Below are positions 1 through 12,500 of a stretch of 64,000 nt of DNA, one piece after another (within the stretch, counting starts at the first letter, position 1; every line of letters begins with the position of its first letter). The notes under the pieces are model-generated. The model was given only the letters and a program-made list of their open reading frames with translations, was not told the origin of the DNA and searched no databases. Origin of the DNA: Nitrososphaerota archaeon (GTDB taxonomy: Archaea > Thermoproteota > Nitrososphaeria > Nitrososphaerales > Nitrosopumilaceae). The position numbers and the translations under genes are program-made. The stretch is taken from NCBI GenBank assembly GCA_028867755.1, contig JAGWFT010000001.1, positions 100,628 through 164,627 on the forward strand. The letters run 5' to 3'.

Positions 1-67
1 CATTTTCCATGGGATGCTGCTACCTCAGGAGAAGATTCACATGTACTTAAGAGAAAACCAACCTAAA

Positions 68-1093
68 TTATGCCTGCAAATGCGATAGTTTTTCTTTGAT
101 AAAATCTATTGACTTTATGGGTGTAGGATCCACATTTGACATAATTGCACGATATATCGTAGAATAATCCAATACATAGATTAGAGAAACTAATTTAGTT
201 ATAATGCCACCTTTGTCGGCAAAGACTTCCCTATATCCTATACCATTAACGTCAAAATATTCTTTTATTACTTTCCATCTTTCTTTAGTTGTGATATAAT
301 CATCAGAGCCTTCTATTAGGATAGGTTGTACTGTTGATTTTCCTTCCCATGCAACTATGCCATTGTGACAAACTTCTATGACGTTTTCAACCATTGAATG
401 TAGTTTTGCATTTTCTTGTAACGAGTTCTTAAATCTAGTTGCTGCAGGTTTTAGCCCCCATGGATAATATATCACTGGAATTCCTGTGATCCATTCTGCC
501 AAATTAAGCGATGTATTGTCATCAGTTAGGTTAGATGACCAAATTTTTCTTCTTACAACTTCAAGGTTGTTTATTGCTTCAGCCACATCCTTTTTGTCTA
601 TAGATAGTATTGGATCCAAGATCTTTAGCATTGAGAACAAAAATGAAGGAAATGATGCTCGTGGAGAGTGAGTTTGCGGTATAATTCTGTGATCAATTTT
701 GTTTCTTTTGCAAAATTCTTTAATTTTACCACCAGATGAGAATGCTACTATATGACAATCCAATTTGCTTGCAATATCCAAAATAGAGAGTGTTTCTCGC
801 GTATTTCCAGATACGCTAGTAGTTATGACCAGAGTTTTATCATCTACCGTATTTGGCAAAGTGTATCCCTTTATGTTACAAACATGAATGTTTGTCCTTG
901 AAAGAATAGAGGTCAGGACATCTCCAATTGCTCCTGAGCCTCCCATGCCTGCAAATACTATATGGTCTATATCTCTAAAATTAACTGGCTCATGATCTGA
1001 TTCATAAGACTGCTTTGCTATATCAGGCCATTGATCGTAAACTGTACAAATACCACTAGCATCAACTTTTTTTATCGTATCTATGTCAAGCAA
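68..1093 (-). CDS. Bifunctional phosphoglucose/phosphomannose isomerase (SIS domain, archaeal PGI/PMI)
   Basis: GMGGSG, TSVSGNTRET, SPRASF and ENAK...EVCHNGI motifs of the PGI/PMI family; 341 aa. Confidence 0.9.
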   Translation of the reverse strand: MLDIDTIKKVDASGICTVYDQWPDIAKQSYESDHEPVNFRDIDHIVFAGMGGSGAIGDVLTSILSRTNIHVCNIKGYTLPNTVDDKTLVITTSVSGNTRETLSILDIASKLDCHIVAFSSGGKIKEFCKRNKIDHRIIPQTHSPRASFPSFLFSMLKILDPILSIDKKDVAEAINNLEVVRRKIWSSNLTDDNTSLNLAEWITGIPVIYYPWGLKPAATRFKNSLQENAKLHSMVENVIEVCHNGIVAWEGKSTVQPILIEGSDDYITTKERWKVIKEYFDVNGIGYREVFADKGGIITKLVSLIYVLDYSTIYRAIMSNVDPTPIKSIDFIKEKLSHLQA

Positions 1094-1164
1094 CCTATGA
1101 GATTGAAAATTCGATTTCTATTTAATGCTTCTACCTATCTCAATATCAAAGATATGTTTTAATC

Positions 1165-2337
1165 ATGAAGATCCTACTGTTATCCCAGTTTTTTTCCACC
1201 ACACGCGGAGGAGGCGAGTATGTATTCAGCCTAATTGCAAAGAATTTAGCTGATAACGGTCATAATGTGTGGGTAATTACTAATAAAATAAATGATGAAG
1301 AATACAAAATCCATGATGATAATGTCAAGTTGGTTTTTGTAAAACCGGACTTACAATATAAGGGAGGTTTACCACCATCATTTCTAGACAATATAAGATA
1401 TCTTGTCAACGCCGTATCCCAAGGCTTGAAGATTATAAAAAATGAAAAAATAGATATCATACACTCTAATAATTTTGCACCAGCCCTTGCAGGTGCAATA
1501 TTATCAAGTCTTACTTCAAAGCCACACATAACTACAATTCATGATGTATTTTCATTATGCGGTAAAAATTATTGGAAGAGATGGGGAAAACAAAGCGACT
1601 TATCAAAGCTAAATGTATGGTTGGCCCCATTTTTTGAGAAATTAATGATAAAGCTAAAGTTCAATTGTATCCATACCGTAAGTGAGACTACCAGAGATGA
1701 TTTGGTAAAGTTTGGAGCAAGAAAACCAATCCATGTGATTCACAATTCAATTGAAACAAATGTAATAAACAATACAATGCCGAATCCACTGCAGTTTGTA
1801 TATGTTGGTAGACTAGTTTTTTATAAAAATATTGAAGTTGCAATAAGAGCAATAGAGATTGTCAAGAAGACTGAACCTGAAATAAAACTCACAATAATAG
1901 GCAGTGGTCCTCATGAAAATTCTCTAAAAAATCTCGTCAAAAAGATTGGTTTGGAACAAAACATAGAGTTCAAGGGATATGTCAGTGCTCAAGAAAAATC
2001 AAGATTGATTACAGAATCAAATGCACTTGTTTTCCCAAGCCTGTGCGAAGGCTTTGGGCTAGTTATTTTAGAAGCCTTTGATCAATCTAGGCCTGTTCTT
2101 GTTTCCAATATCAGACCCATGTCAGATATTGTAAGTCATGAAGAGAATGGATTTATTTTAGATCCATATAACGAAAACCAATGGGCAGATTGTTTACTTA
2201 GAATAATTAGAAATCCGCAAGAGGCAACAAAGATAGGACAAAATGGTAATCAGTTGTTGAAGACAAAATACAATCAGGAATCCATGTATGAGAAAATTGT
2301 TAACATGTATTCTGAAACATTAAAAATGAATAAGTAA
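1165..2337 (+). CDS. Glycosyltransferase family 4 (GT-B fold)
   Basis: GGGEY N-terminus, YVGRLVFYKN, and EGFGLVILEA (Ex7E) motif. Confidence 0.92.
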   Translation: MKILLLSQFFSTTRGGGEYVFSLIAKNLADNGHNVWVITNKINDEEYKIHDDNVKLVFVKPDLQYKGGLPPSFLDNIRYLVNAVSQGLKIIKNEKIDIIHSNNFAPALAGAILSSLTSKPHITTIHDVFSLCGKNYWKRWGKQSDLSKLNVWLAPFFEKLMIKLKFNCIHTVSETTRDDLVKFGARKPIHVIHNSIETNVINNTMPNPLQFVYVGRLVFYKNIEVAIRAIEIVKKTEPEIKLTIIGSGPHENSLKNLVKKIGLEQNIEFKGYVSAQEKSRLITESNALVFPSLCEGFGLVILEAFDQSRPVLVSNIRPMSDIVSHEENGFILDPYNENQWADCLLRIIRNPQEATKIGQNGNQLLKTKYNQESMYEKIVNMYSETLKMNK

Positions 2338-2388
2338 CTACAAAACTCCTTTTTCTAATTTTTTATTTTAGTTAGGAGAGAGAATACT

Positions 2389-2946
2389 TTAACAAGAACC
2401 TATACAAATGTCGTTGGGAGAAACAATATTACCAGTAAGTCGTATATTTCCAGTAACATCCAGAGTCTGTTGAGGACTAGTTGTACCTATGCCGACGCTG
2501 CCACCAAATATCGCGTTACCTGTTATGTCAGAAATTTCTAGTGGGGCATCTACGCGTGATACGCCTGACATGCTTGTAAGACCCTGTTTTATAATCGCAA
2601 ACTTCCCAGTGTTTTCTTTTCCTACAAACCAAGTGTTAGTGTAATCGCTTCCTGTGTGACCAGGCTGTCTGAAAAATATGGCATTATAGCCAGTTGCAGA
2701 TGGATCGACTACAACTCCTTCACCCCAACTATTAGATGTAGGATTAACTTCAAATGTAGAATATGGACTAGTTGTACCTATTCCTACAGTACCTGAACTA
2801 GTAACAATCAATCCGGTTGAGCTCTGGCCTGGAATTTGGTATGGATAACTTGTTATCGTTACAGTATCTGCTAATACTGTCGTTATTGTGATACTACCTA
2901 AGATAATTATCAATATCATATATAACGAGCTTAATTTTTTCATCAT
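2389..2946 (-). CDS. Small secreted protein with two VGIGTTSP motifs
   Basis: Hydrophobic N-terminal signal; GTVGIGTTSP and GSVGIGTTSP; ends ICIGSC. Confidence 0.75.
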   Translation of the reverse strand: MMKKLSSLYMILIIILGSITITTVLADTVTITSYPYQIPGQSSTGLIVTSSGTVGIGTTSPYSTFEVNPTSNSWGEGVVVDPSATGYNAIFFRQPGHTGSDYTNTWFVGKENTGKFAIIKQGLTSMSGVSRVDAPLEISDITGNAIFGGSVGIGTTSPQQTLDVTGNIRLTGNIVSPNDICIGSC

Positions 2947-3006
2947 TTACAAACTCTATCTGAAAAGTTTAAACTTTTAGTCAATATTATATCTTTTTTG
3001 ATTTCT

Positions 3007-3282
3007 TTATCTAGTCATATTCTTTTCAGCTTTCAGACAAGAAACGTCGAAAATTGTCTTTGTCAGATTACCTATGGTTACAGTAGTAGTTTGACAGTTT
3101 TCCGTTTGCTTGTATACTGCAACAGCGGCATCGGTCAATCCATTTTTGTATCCGCCCTGATAAGCATTTGCCAATTCCTGCTGTCTTGATTCTGTTATCT
3201 TTTCATAGATGATATATTGTGCCGATACAAACAAAGCTACTGAAAGTGCAACTATAGTTATTTTTTGCTTATTCATATCCAT
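3007..3282 (-). CDS. Hypothetical protein with one N-terminal membrane segment
   Basis: 91 aa; hydrophobic stretch at about aa 8-25; two Cys; co-oriented with neighbours. Confidence 0.6.
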   Translation of the reverse strand: MDMNKQKITIVALSVALFVSAQYIIYEKITESRQQELANAYQGGYKNGLTDAAVAVYKQTENCQTTTVTIGNLTKTIFDVSCLKAEKNMTR

Positions 3283-3523
3283 CTTGTATCAATCAAGAAA
3301 TAGTTAATTGTTCCTCCAGCTTTAATCAATATATTGCATCCTAATGACTAGTCTTGCTAAAGACAGGAAACCTAATCAAGCACAACAGGTCCTTCATGTC
3401 ATCTCATTGTTTTGGTCCATTGTTCTTAAGCAGGTTGGATCTAAATCTTAGTCTGGTCTTTCTCTGTTGTACTGCGTAATCATGCTTTCATTATTTAAGA
3501 ATTGTTTGAGATTTTTGGAAGAT

Positions 3524-6500
3524 CTAGTGTAGACCTATAGCTCCTGATGTATTGGCACCCTTCAGGTTGGCTCCTGTAAGGTTAGCACCAGTGAGATTGG
3601 CATTTTGTAGGTTATCACCCTTCAAATTGGCTCCTTGGAGGTTGGCTCCAGATAAAATTGCATTTTGTAGGTTAGAGCCAGACAAGTCGTCACCTTGCAA
3701 GTTGGTGTTTTGCAGGTTGGCTCCTTGCAGGTTAACACCTGATAGTGTAACTCCTTGTAGATTCATCCCACTCAAGTTATAACCTTGAAGATTAGCTCCA
3801 GACAGGTTCATGGCATCTGTTGCAGATTCCCAAGCTTGCCTGTAATCATATATAGCCCTGTGGGAGTTGCCGCCTGCCAAGTCTGACTGGGCCTTTTGCA
3901 TCCAGCTGTTTGCATTGCTTACATCCTTCTGTACTTGTGCGATCAATGCTGGCGGTGCATTATGAGATTGGAGTGAGGCCAAGAACGATGTGGCAGTGTT
4001 AACCTGATTCTGTGCGAGAGTGTTATCGATTGATACTAGTTGGTTTATTATAGTTTGAATCGAGCTTGCAGTACCTAATGGTAATGTTGTGGTTATAACA
4101 GAGTCGAGATCATGGTCTTTGGTAGTATCATCACCACGTGGATCAACCAAGTCGGTATCTTGCGATGTAGACTGTAGAAGAAGTTTCTTAAGGATATTGA
4201 CTGCATCTGCTTCCTGATTGAATACTTTATTTCCATTCTTTAGGTCAAGTGTTGTTCCATCAGTATTCCATAGGCTGTTTGTAGCACTATTTTGTATGTG
4301 ATCTGCTGCCCTTGCAAGCTTCTGTATCATTCCTTTATCAAATATTCCAGATTCAAGACCCTTGATAGTGGATGCTAATCCTGACTTTTGCGATTCTAAT
4401 GAACCTACTGTAAGAATCACACTGCCTGAGCTCTGTTTGTTGTTAGTATCACCTGAATAGATGCCCATTATCGATACCTGTCCTGACGATGATGAAGTAA
4501 ATGTAACAGAACATGTACCAGCATTACTAAGAGTACACTGGTTTGGTTGGAATGAGCCAGATGCAGCGCTAAATGATACTGTTCCAGAAGGCGAGAATCC
4601 GTTAGTTATTTGGGCTGCTACGGTCGTAGAACCTCCTAATGGAATTGAGGATGAACCAAGTGAGATAGTCGTGGTTGGGATGGCTTGTGAAACTGACAAG
4701 ACTGCATTATTTGTGTTCTGTTTATTGTTAGGATCACCTGAATATGCTGCAGTAATCTTGTGATAACCGTTGCTTACTGATGAAGGTGCATAGGTTACCG
4801 CACACTGGTTGTTGTGTACGGTACATGATGTGGAGTTGAACGAACCAGTACTATTACTTGTAAATGATACTGTTCCCGTGGGTGAGATGCCGTTTATCTT
4901 GACTAATACGACCGAAGAGCTACCCACTATAACGGATGATGGCGTGAGTGTGACAGATTCTGTTGGGGCAGTTGGTGTGACTGTCAGGCCTACGCTATTT
5001 GAGCTTCCCTGGTTGTTTGCATCACCTGAATATGTCGCAGTAATGGTGTGCGTGCTTGTGCCTACAGACGATGGTGTATAGGTTACCGCACACTGGTTGT
5101 TGTTTACGGTACATGATGTGGAGTTGAACGAGCCTGCACCGTCAGATGCAAATGATACTGTACCTCCTGGCAGGAATCCATTGTTTATCTGCACGGTTAC
5201 TGTTGTGGTAGCTCCCACCGCAACGTTAGATGGCCCAAGTGATGGGGCAATACTTGGAGTAGCTTTTGAAACTTTTAAGAGGGTGCTGCTTGAGCTGGGC
5301 AGGTTGTTCAAGTCGCCAGAATAACTGCCAGAGATCTGCACTTGGCCCGGTGCTGATGAAGTAAATGTAACAGAACATGTACCAGCATTACTAAGAGTAC
5401 ACTGGTTTGGTTGGAATGAGCCAGATGCAGCGCTAAATGATACTGTTCCAGAAGGCGAGGACCCTACCACTTGAGCAGTTACAGTTGTAGAGCCTCCAAC
5501 AATGACTGATGATGGTACAACTGAGACTATGGTATTTGTAGATACTGTTGTTTTAGATGGAGCCACAATGCTAATTGATACAGTAGCTGGGCTGCTGTTT
5601 ACAAGCCCATCACTAGTCTGGAATGTAAAGCTGTCCTGCCCTGTAAATCCAGTAGCTGGTGTGTATACTAGATTAGGTGCGGTGCCAGACAGATCACCAG
5701 ATGATGTGCCTTGCACAATTGAGAACTGGAGTGGAGCACTACCACCAGATCCCGTTAGTACTAACGCAACCTTGCCATTTTCTGTTAGTGTAACACTCTG
5801 GCTGTTGGCTATAGGGAAGTTCTCTAACTTGAGTAGTATAGTTGCTGTGTTGCTTTGTACGTTGTTTGTGTTGGTTGCATGGAACGTAAAGCTGTCTGTG
5901 TTTGTAAAGCTCGAGAATGCGTTGAACATAAGGTTCGGTGCAGTTCCTGTTAGGGTACCATGTGATGGATTGGTGGAAGAGTATGCTAATGGTAAGTTGT
6001 TTGGATCTGTGGCCTGCAGTGTTACTGGTGTCGTAGTGATGCCGTTTACGTAAACGGTTTGTGATGATGCCATTGGTGGAAGATTAGCTTGAAGTGAGGA
6101 GATGATTCCATTTATTGTTGTAGTCATCTCGTTCTGGGCAATCTTGTCAGTAATCAACGGTGTTGGGCCGTTCACAAGCTCTAGTATTGCTTGAAGCTCA
6201 GATATGGCAGCATTAACATTCTTGCTTTGAATGTCTGAGATCACTATACTGATGTCATTGTTGAATATAACTCTGGAAGTTGAGGGGCTTGCAAAGTTGC
6301 TGTCTGGCAGGCTGTTAAGACCACTGTTAAGCTTTGTAATTACCAATGCCTCGATTTGTGTGAGAGCTGTAGAAGTAAGGTCTTTGTTGAGTGATACTGG
6401 TGTATAGAATCCATTACTGAAAAGTGACGAGCTTCTAAAGTTAAAATTTAGATTGGCCCAGTCATTCCAGCCATTAAGTGTAGTTAGTTGGCTGTTAGTT

Positions 6501-9500
6501 GATGCATCACAATTTGGAATGTTAAATTCATGAATGTTCGTTTGTACTCCATTCGTTAGTGTAGCATCTCTGGAAAAGGCAACCTGGTTTCCAAATGTTG
6601 CACCAAGCGGTAGCAGGTAATTACCTGACGAATCTACGCCACCAATTACAGTCTGAAGTCCTGACGGCGTACTCTGTCCAATTCCAGTTTGTTCATTGAG
6701 ATTGTTCTCGTTCAGAGAAGCAATTTGGGATTCAGAATAATCAAGTGACCTTCCAGGAATAAGTGTTGGGAACTGGAACAGATAGTTCATGACACTTGGA
6801 TAGTTTGGCTTGCAGTTTAGACTATCAAATATGGCACCGCCGTGGTTGAGTCCCAAGTTGTGACCAAGCTCATGCATGAATGTTGACTCCTGTTCTACCA
6901 CACTTCCAACATCATTTGTAAATGCACCTAGAGATACAACAAAGTTATTCCCGCCTATATCTGACCAGCCAGAAGATGTTGGTGTGTCCCTTAGCTGATC
7001 GATAAACATTGCATAGTGGAATGCCTGTCTCTTTGCACTGAGTATATCTGAGACATATTCTGACTGTGAACCAGAGAATCCTGCCGGCGGAGTAGCTGAA
7101 TGTTCTGCAGCTATACCGATAAAGTCCTGTTTGTAGTCAAAGAATCCTTTGATGTACGTACCAGTTGGTGTTGTATATCCATTAAGTGGGATGGTCTGGT
7201 TGTGGAATCCAGCTTCGCTAGGGTTTATCTGTATATGTAATTGTATGCCGTGATTTGCAAATGCATTGACAACATCGTTCAGTGCTGTTGGGTTGGGCTG
7301 GAATCCTGCCATGTAGTTCACCTCTACAAATAGATCCTTTTTGTTTACATTAGGACATACTGGATCTGGATTTGCCATAGATCCAAGTGGCTGAGTAGAG
7401 TCTGTAACTGTGAAACCATCACCTTGACAATAGTACTGATAGTAAGCTGTGTTGCCAGTAGTAGGATTGGTGTATGGGATTTGAAGTCCTGGGCTTACCT
7501 TCCACTCGTCGCATATTGCATCACCTGCGGCATTGCTATTACAACTTGCCCTTGTGGTTTTATCAACTGAAGTTCCAGCAATTGAGTTAACATTTGACGC
7601 TGCAATTACTGATGCTGTGGGAGTAGCACTTATTCCGCTTGTTACTGGTCTGAAGACACCGACACTCGTTTTACCGCTACCTGTCCAGTCTCCAACTACC
7701 GGTACGTCTCCTGATGCACCCCAGCCAGGAGCTGAGTATGTACCATCGTTATGGAGTAGATACCAAGTACTAGTAGATGGTCTGAAGACACCAACTTCTG
7801 TTATTGGTACTCCTGATGTGGATTTGGCACCATCCCAGTTGCCAACTACCGGTACGTCTCCTGATGCACCCCAGCTAGGAGCTGAGTATGTACCATCGTT
7901 ATGGAGTAGATACCAAGTACTAGTAGATGGTCTGAAGACACCAACACTCGTTTTACCGCTACCTGTCCAGTCTCCAACTACCGGTACGTCTCCTGGTCCA
8001 CCCCAGCCAGGAGCTGAGTATGTACCATCGTTATGGAGTAGATACCAAGTACCACCAGATGGATTATATGTTGCATAAACCGAATCGCCTACTCTTGTAA
8101 CTAGTTTGGTGAGATGATCAGCAGGCAATGCTGATGAGATGAGGAATTGACTTGATGAATACTGAGATGAAGCAGTGGGGGTCTGGTTTAATGTAATCAA
8201 CATTCCCTCAGGCTGACTTGTAGATGCAACAAATGCAGTAACAGATTTTGCTCCACTGTTTGCAGCATTCTGGTCTGCCACGCTCATTATCAAAGATTCC
8301 TGGTCAATGGTAAACACAGGAGAGTTTAGTGTGGCAGCTGGCGTGGACGAAGTTGTTGCTAGTGCAGTAACACCAATTGCAGGAAGGCCGATGTTTTGAG
8401 GAGTAGCAGTATTTACAGTGATAAAGTCATTTGCTGTCACAGTGTTTGACGCGCTGTCTTGTGCCTTGACAGTTATGGAATGAAGGCCAGTTGCCAGAGT
8501 TCCTGTCACAAACTTCCAATCGCCAGAGGCCTGGTCAAGTGTTGCAGGTGAAAACGTTCCGCTGTGATCAATGTCAACTCCAACACTTGTCACAGTACCC
8601 GAGGAGACAACATGAGATTCTATAGTGATTACATTTTGTGTAGTAGATGTATTGTTGGAAGGAGATACAATTGAAAGTGTTAGAGGAGCAACTGTCACAG
8701 ATATCGATTGTGTAGTAACAAGCCCTGCAGAATCAGTTGCGTTGACGTATATCGTATGCAGACCGCTTGCAAGATTACCTGTTGTAAATATCCATGCTGT
8801 GGTACCTGTTGCTGCAGATACAGGACCATTGTCCACCTTCCATGATACTGCAAACGAGACAATGTCAGACGCGGTACCTGATACGACAGGAGCCTGTGTA
8901 GTAATTGTTGCACCATTGGCAGGCGATGTAATGGATAACGTTGGTGGTATTGTAGTTACAGTCACTGCAAATGATTGTGTGCTGACAAGCCCTGCAGAAT
9001 CAGTCGAGTTGACCTGTATTAGGTGCGACCCTTGTGTCAATGTTGGATTAAATGACCAGCTCACGCTTGGTCCAGGGGTAATAAGCACTGTATTTACAGA
9101 GCCACTATCTGCCTTCCATGACACACCAGTAACCGATACGGCATCAGTTGATGTACCGGAGACGGTAGGTGTCGTAGTACCCAGTGCTGCATTGTTAGAG
9201 GGTGAGGAGATGTGTGTAGTTGGTGCAGCCGAGTTTACTGTTATTGATTCTGATTTTATTGTAGAGAGTCCGACACCGCTAGTAGCGTTTACTGTAATTG
9301 TATGTGAGCCATCAGAAAGTCCTGATGCACCGTAAGACCAGCTAGTAGAGTTACCAATAATTGTTGCAGGAGAGTACGAGCCAAGGTCAATCTTTATCTG
9401 AACGCTGCCTATTCCAGATTGTGTATCGTTTGCAGTTCCGCTGATTGTAAATGTTCCTGTATTTAATACTGCATTATTGGCAGGCGATGTTATGATAACA

Positions 9501-12500
9501 GTCGGTGGGAATGATTGTACATTTACTGAAAAGAATGTTGGAGTAGAGATTATGGAGATGTTGTTGTCGACATTGTTAGTTACATAGAGGTCACCGTTTG
9601 AAGGAGCATACGTAATTCCAACAGGAGTATTTCCTACAGGGATTTGTAAGCCGACAAGTGTGTTGGTTGTACCGTTGATTACTGATACTGAGCTACCACC
9701 GCTGTTAGTTACATAGAGGTTGCCGTTTGCAGGATCAAATGTGATTGCGTATGGACCGTTTCCAACTGAGATTGGGGAACCGACTATATTGTTGGTTGCA
9801 CCGTTGATTACTGATACTGTGCCACCACCTTGGTTGGTTACATAGATGTTGCCGTTTGCAGGATCAAGTGCAAGACCAAATGGATTTGATCCCACTGCGA
9901 TTGGGTTTGTAAAGCCAGTAGCAAGTGCGTTTGTTGTTCCATTGATTACAGAGACAGAGTTGCTGGCGTAGTTGGCTACATAGATGTAGTTGCTTGCAGG
10001 ATTGTATACCATTCCTTCAGGATGGGTTCCTACTGTGATTGGACTGCCTATCACTGTATTTGATGCGGCATTTATCACCGATACGGTTCCCGCGTTAAAG
10101 TTATCTACAAATATGTGCTGGTTTGCCGAGTCATACACAACACCAGCTCCTCCACCGGCACCGATGTTTGTAAGAAGCGAGGTTCCATTTATGACGTTTG
10201 TAACTCCGCTAAGGCCGTTTACGTATATCTCACCATTTGCCGAGTCGTATGCTAGACCAAATGGTGTAAAGATTCCGCCAAGCGGGATTGTTGCAACAAT
10301 ATTGTTGTTTGCGGTATTGATTACAGATATGCTGTTAGCGTTATAGTTTGCTACATAGAGATAGCCGTTTGCAGGATCGTATACGCTTTCTTCAGGAAGG
10401 GTTCCTACTGTGATTGGCGAGCCGATAACTTTGTTTGAGGCATAGCTGTATCCATTATTTCCTGTATTGTCAGTTGCTCTTGCCAATATAGTATGAATGC
10501 TGTTTGTTAATCCATGTTTTGTGAACGACCAAGATGTTGTGCCGTTTGCAAGTAGGAATGGACCGTTGTCAATTGATAATTTAACATGGGATATTGTAGA
10601 GTTTACAGCTGATGAGGTTCCAGTAATGGCAACATCAGATGATGTAAGTGTAGTGCCGTTTGATGGGAATCCTATATTGATATGCGGTGGAAACGCGAAG
10701 AATAATGTGCAGTTTCCGCATCCCGGAAGGCTTGTAATAATTCTTGGATAGAGTACTAGACCTGGATCAACAATGTTGCCGTTTGCCACTCCATCCGAGT
10801 CTCCAAACCCTCCATCGGTCACGTTAAGCAACATCGAATTCCTGTTGTTTACAATTGTAATGTGAGATGTAGCATTAACCCATGTTCCTCCCTGGAGTTT
10901 CCAGTATTGGGCATTTGCTGCAAGTTGTGCTGGGAATGTCATGTTGACAATATCATTTGCACCGTGTGCAAGACCTGTTACGTTAAACGCGAATGCACCA
11001 AACGGCAGTGTTGCATTTTGAGGAAGGCCGTTGCTTGTAAGGTTTGATGGCGAGATTGCAGCAAGGCTTGCAAAGCCACCAAATAAAGTCTTGAAGTTGA
11101 CAATGCCTGCACCATTAGAAGATAAGGCGCTTGAGCTTGACGGAAAACTATTTGCAGAAAATTTCTCTACACGGTTGTTGTGAGCATCTACAACATAGAT
11201 GTTGCTAGAGTTGTCAAGTGCAATCCCAATTGGAACATTAAACTGGCCGTTAGTGGAACCAAATGAGCCAAACTGGGAGAGGTATGTGCCGGCAGAGTTG
11301 AATTTTTCGACGCGGGAGTTGCCTTCATCCGTAACATAGATGTTGCCGGAACTGTCAAGTGCTATTGCATATGGAGAGTGAAACTGGCCGGTGCCGGAAC
11401 CTAATGAGCCGAATTGGGATTGGTATACTCCGGCAGAGTTGAATTCTTCAACGCGGGAGTTGCCTGTATCTACAACATAGATGTTGCCGGAGCTGTCAAG
11501 TGCAATCCCAAGTGGAGACAGAAACTGGCCATTGCCGGAACCAGAGGAGCCAAACTGGGAGAGGTATGTGCCGGCAGAGTTGAATTTTTCGACACGATCG
11601 TTTTGAGCATCTACAACATAGATGTTGCTAGAGTTGTCAAGTGCAATCCCAATTGGAACATTAAACTGGCCGTTAGTGGAACCAAATGAGCCGAATTGGG
11701 AGAGGTATGTGCCGGCAGAGTTGAATTTTTCGACACGGTTGTTGCCTGCATCCGTAACATAGATGTTGCCGGAACTGTCAAGTGCTATTCCATATGGAGT
11801 ATTAAACTGGCCGGTGCCATTACCCAAAGAGCCAAATTGTGATTGGTAGACGCCGGCAGAGTTGAGTTTTTCGATGCGGTTGTTGCTTTGATCTGTGACA
11901 TAGATGTTGCCGGAACTGTCAAGTGCAATAAAAGCCGGACCGTTAAACTGGCCGTTGCCGGAACCAGCAGAGCCGAATTGTGATATGTAGGTTGCAAAGT
12001 GATTAAATTTTTCGACGCGGTTGTTGTCTGTATCTACAACATAGATGTTGCCGGAGCTGTCGATTGCAATGCCAATTGGGTGAAGAAGCTGGCCGTTGCC
12101 GGAGCCTTGTGAACCAAATTGGGATTGGTATACACCGGCAGAGTTGAATTTTTCGACACGGTAGTTGCCATGATCTACAACATAGATGTTGCCGGAGCTG
12201 TCGATTGTAATGCCAATTGGATTATTAAATTGACCGTTGCCGGAACCAAATGAGCCAAACTGGGATTGGTATACACCGGCAGAGTTGAATTTTTCGACAC
12301 GATTGTTGCCTTGATCTGTAACATAGATGTTGCCGGAGCTGTCGATTGTAATGCCACCTGGATTTTGAAACTGGCCGTTGCCTAAGCCTGAAGAGCCAAA
12401 TTGTGATTGGTATACACCGGCAGAGTTGAATTCTTCAACGCGGTTGCTGCCTGTATCTGTAACATAGATGTTGCCGGAGCTGTCGATTGCAATGCGACCT

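Noticed and set aside
3340-3372. GTCTT-GCTA-AAGAC palindrome whose reverse complement (TCCTGTC-TTT-AGCAAGAC) resembles the start of the TA-flanking repeat
   Set aside because: Only 15 matching bases with a 3-nt gap; too short to call a third copy without genome-wide statistics.
4461-10751. Many long + strand ORFs within the giant gene
   Set aside because: Antisense shadows of a repetitive Ser/Thr/Gly-rich gene; no domain signal.
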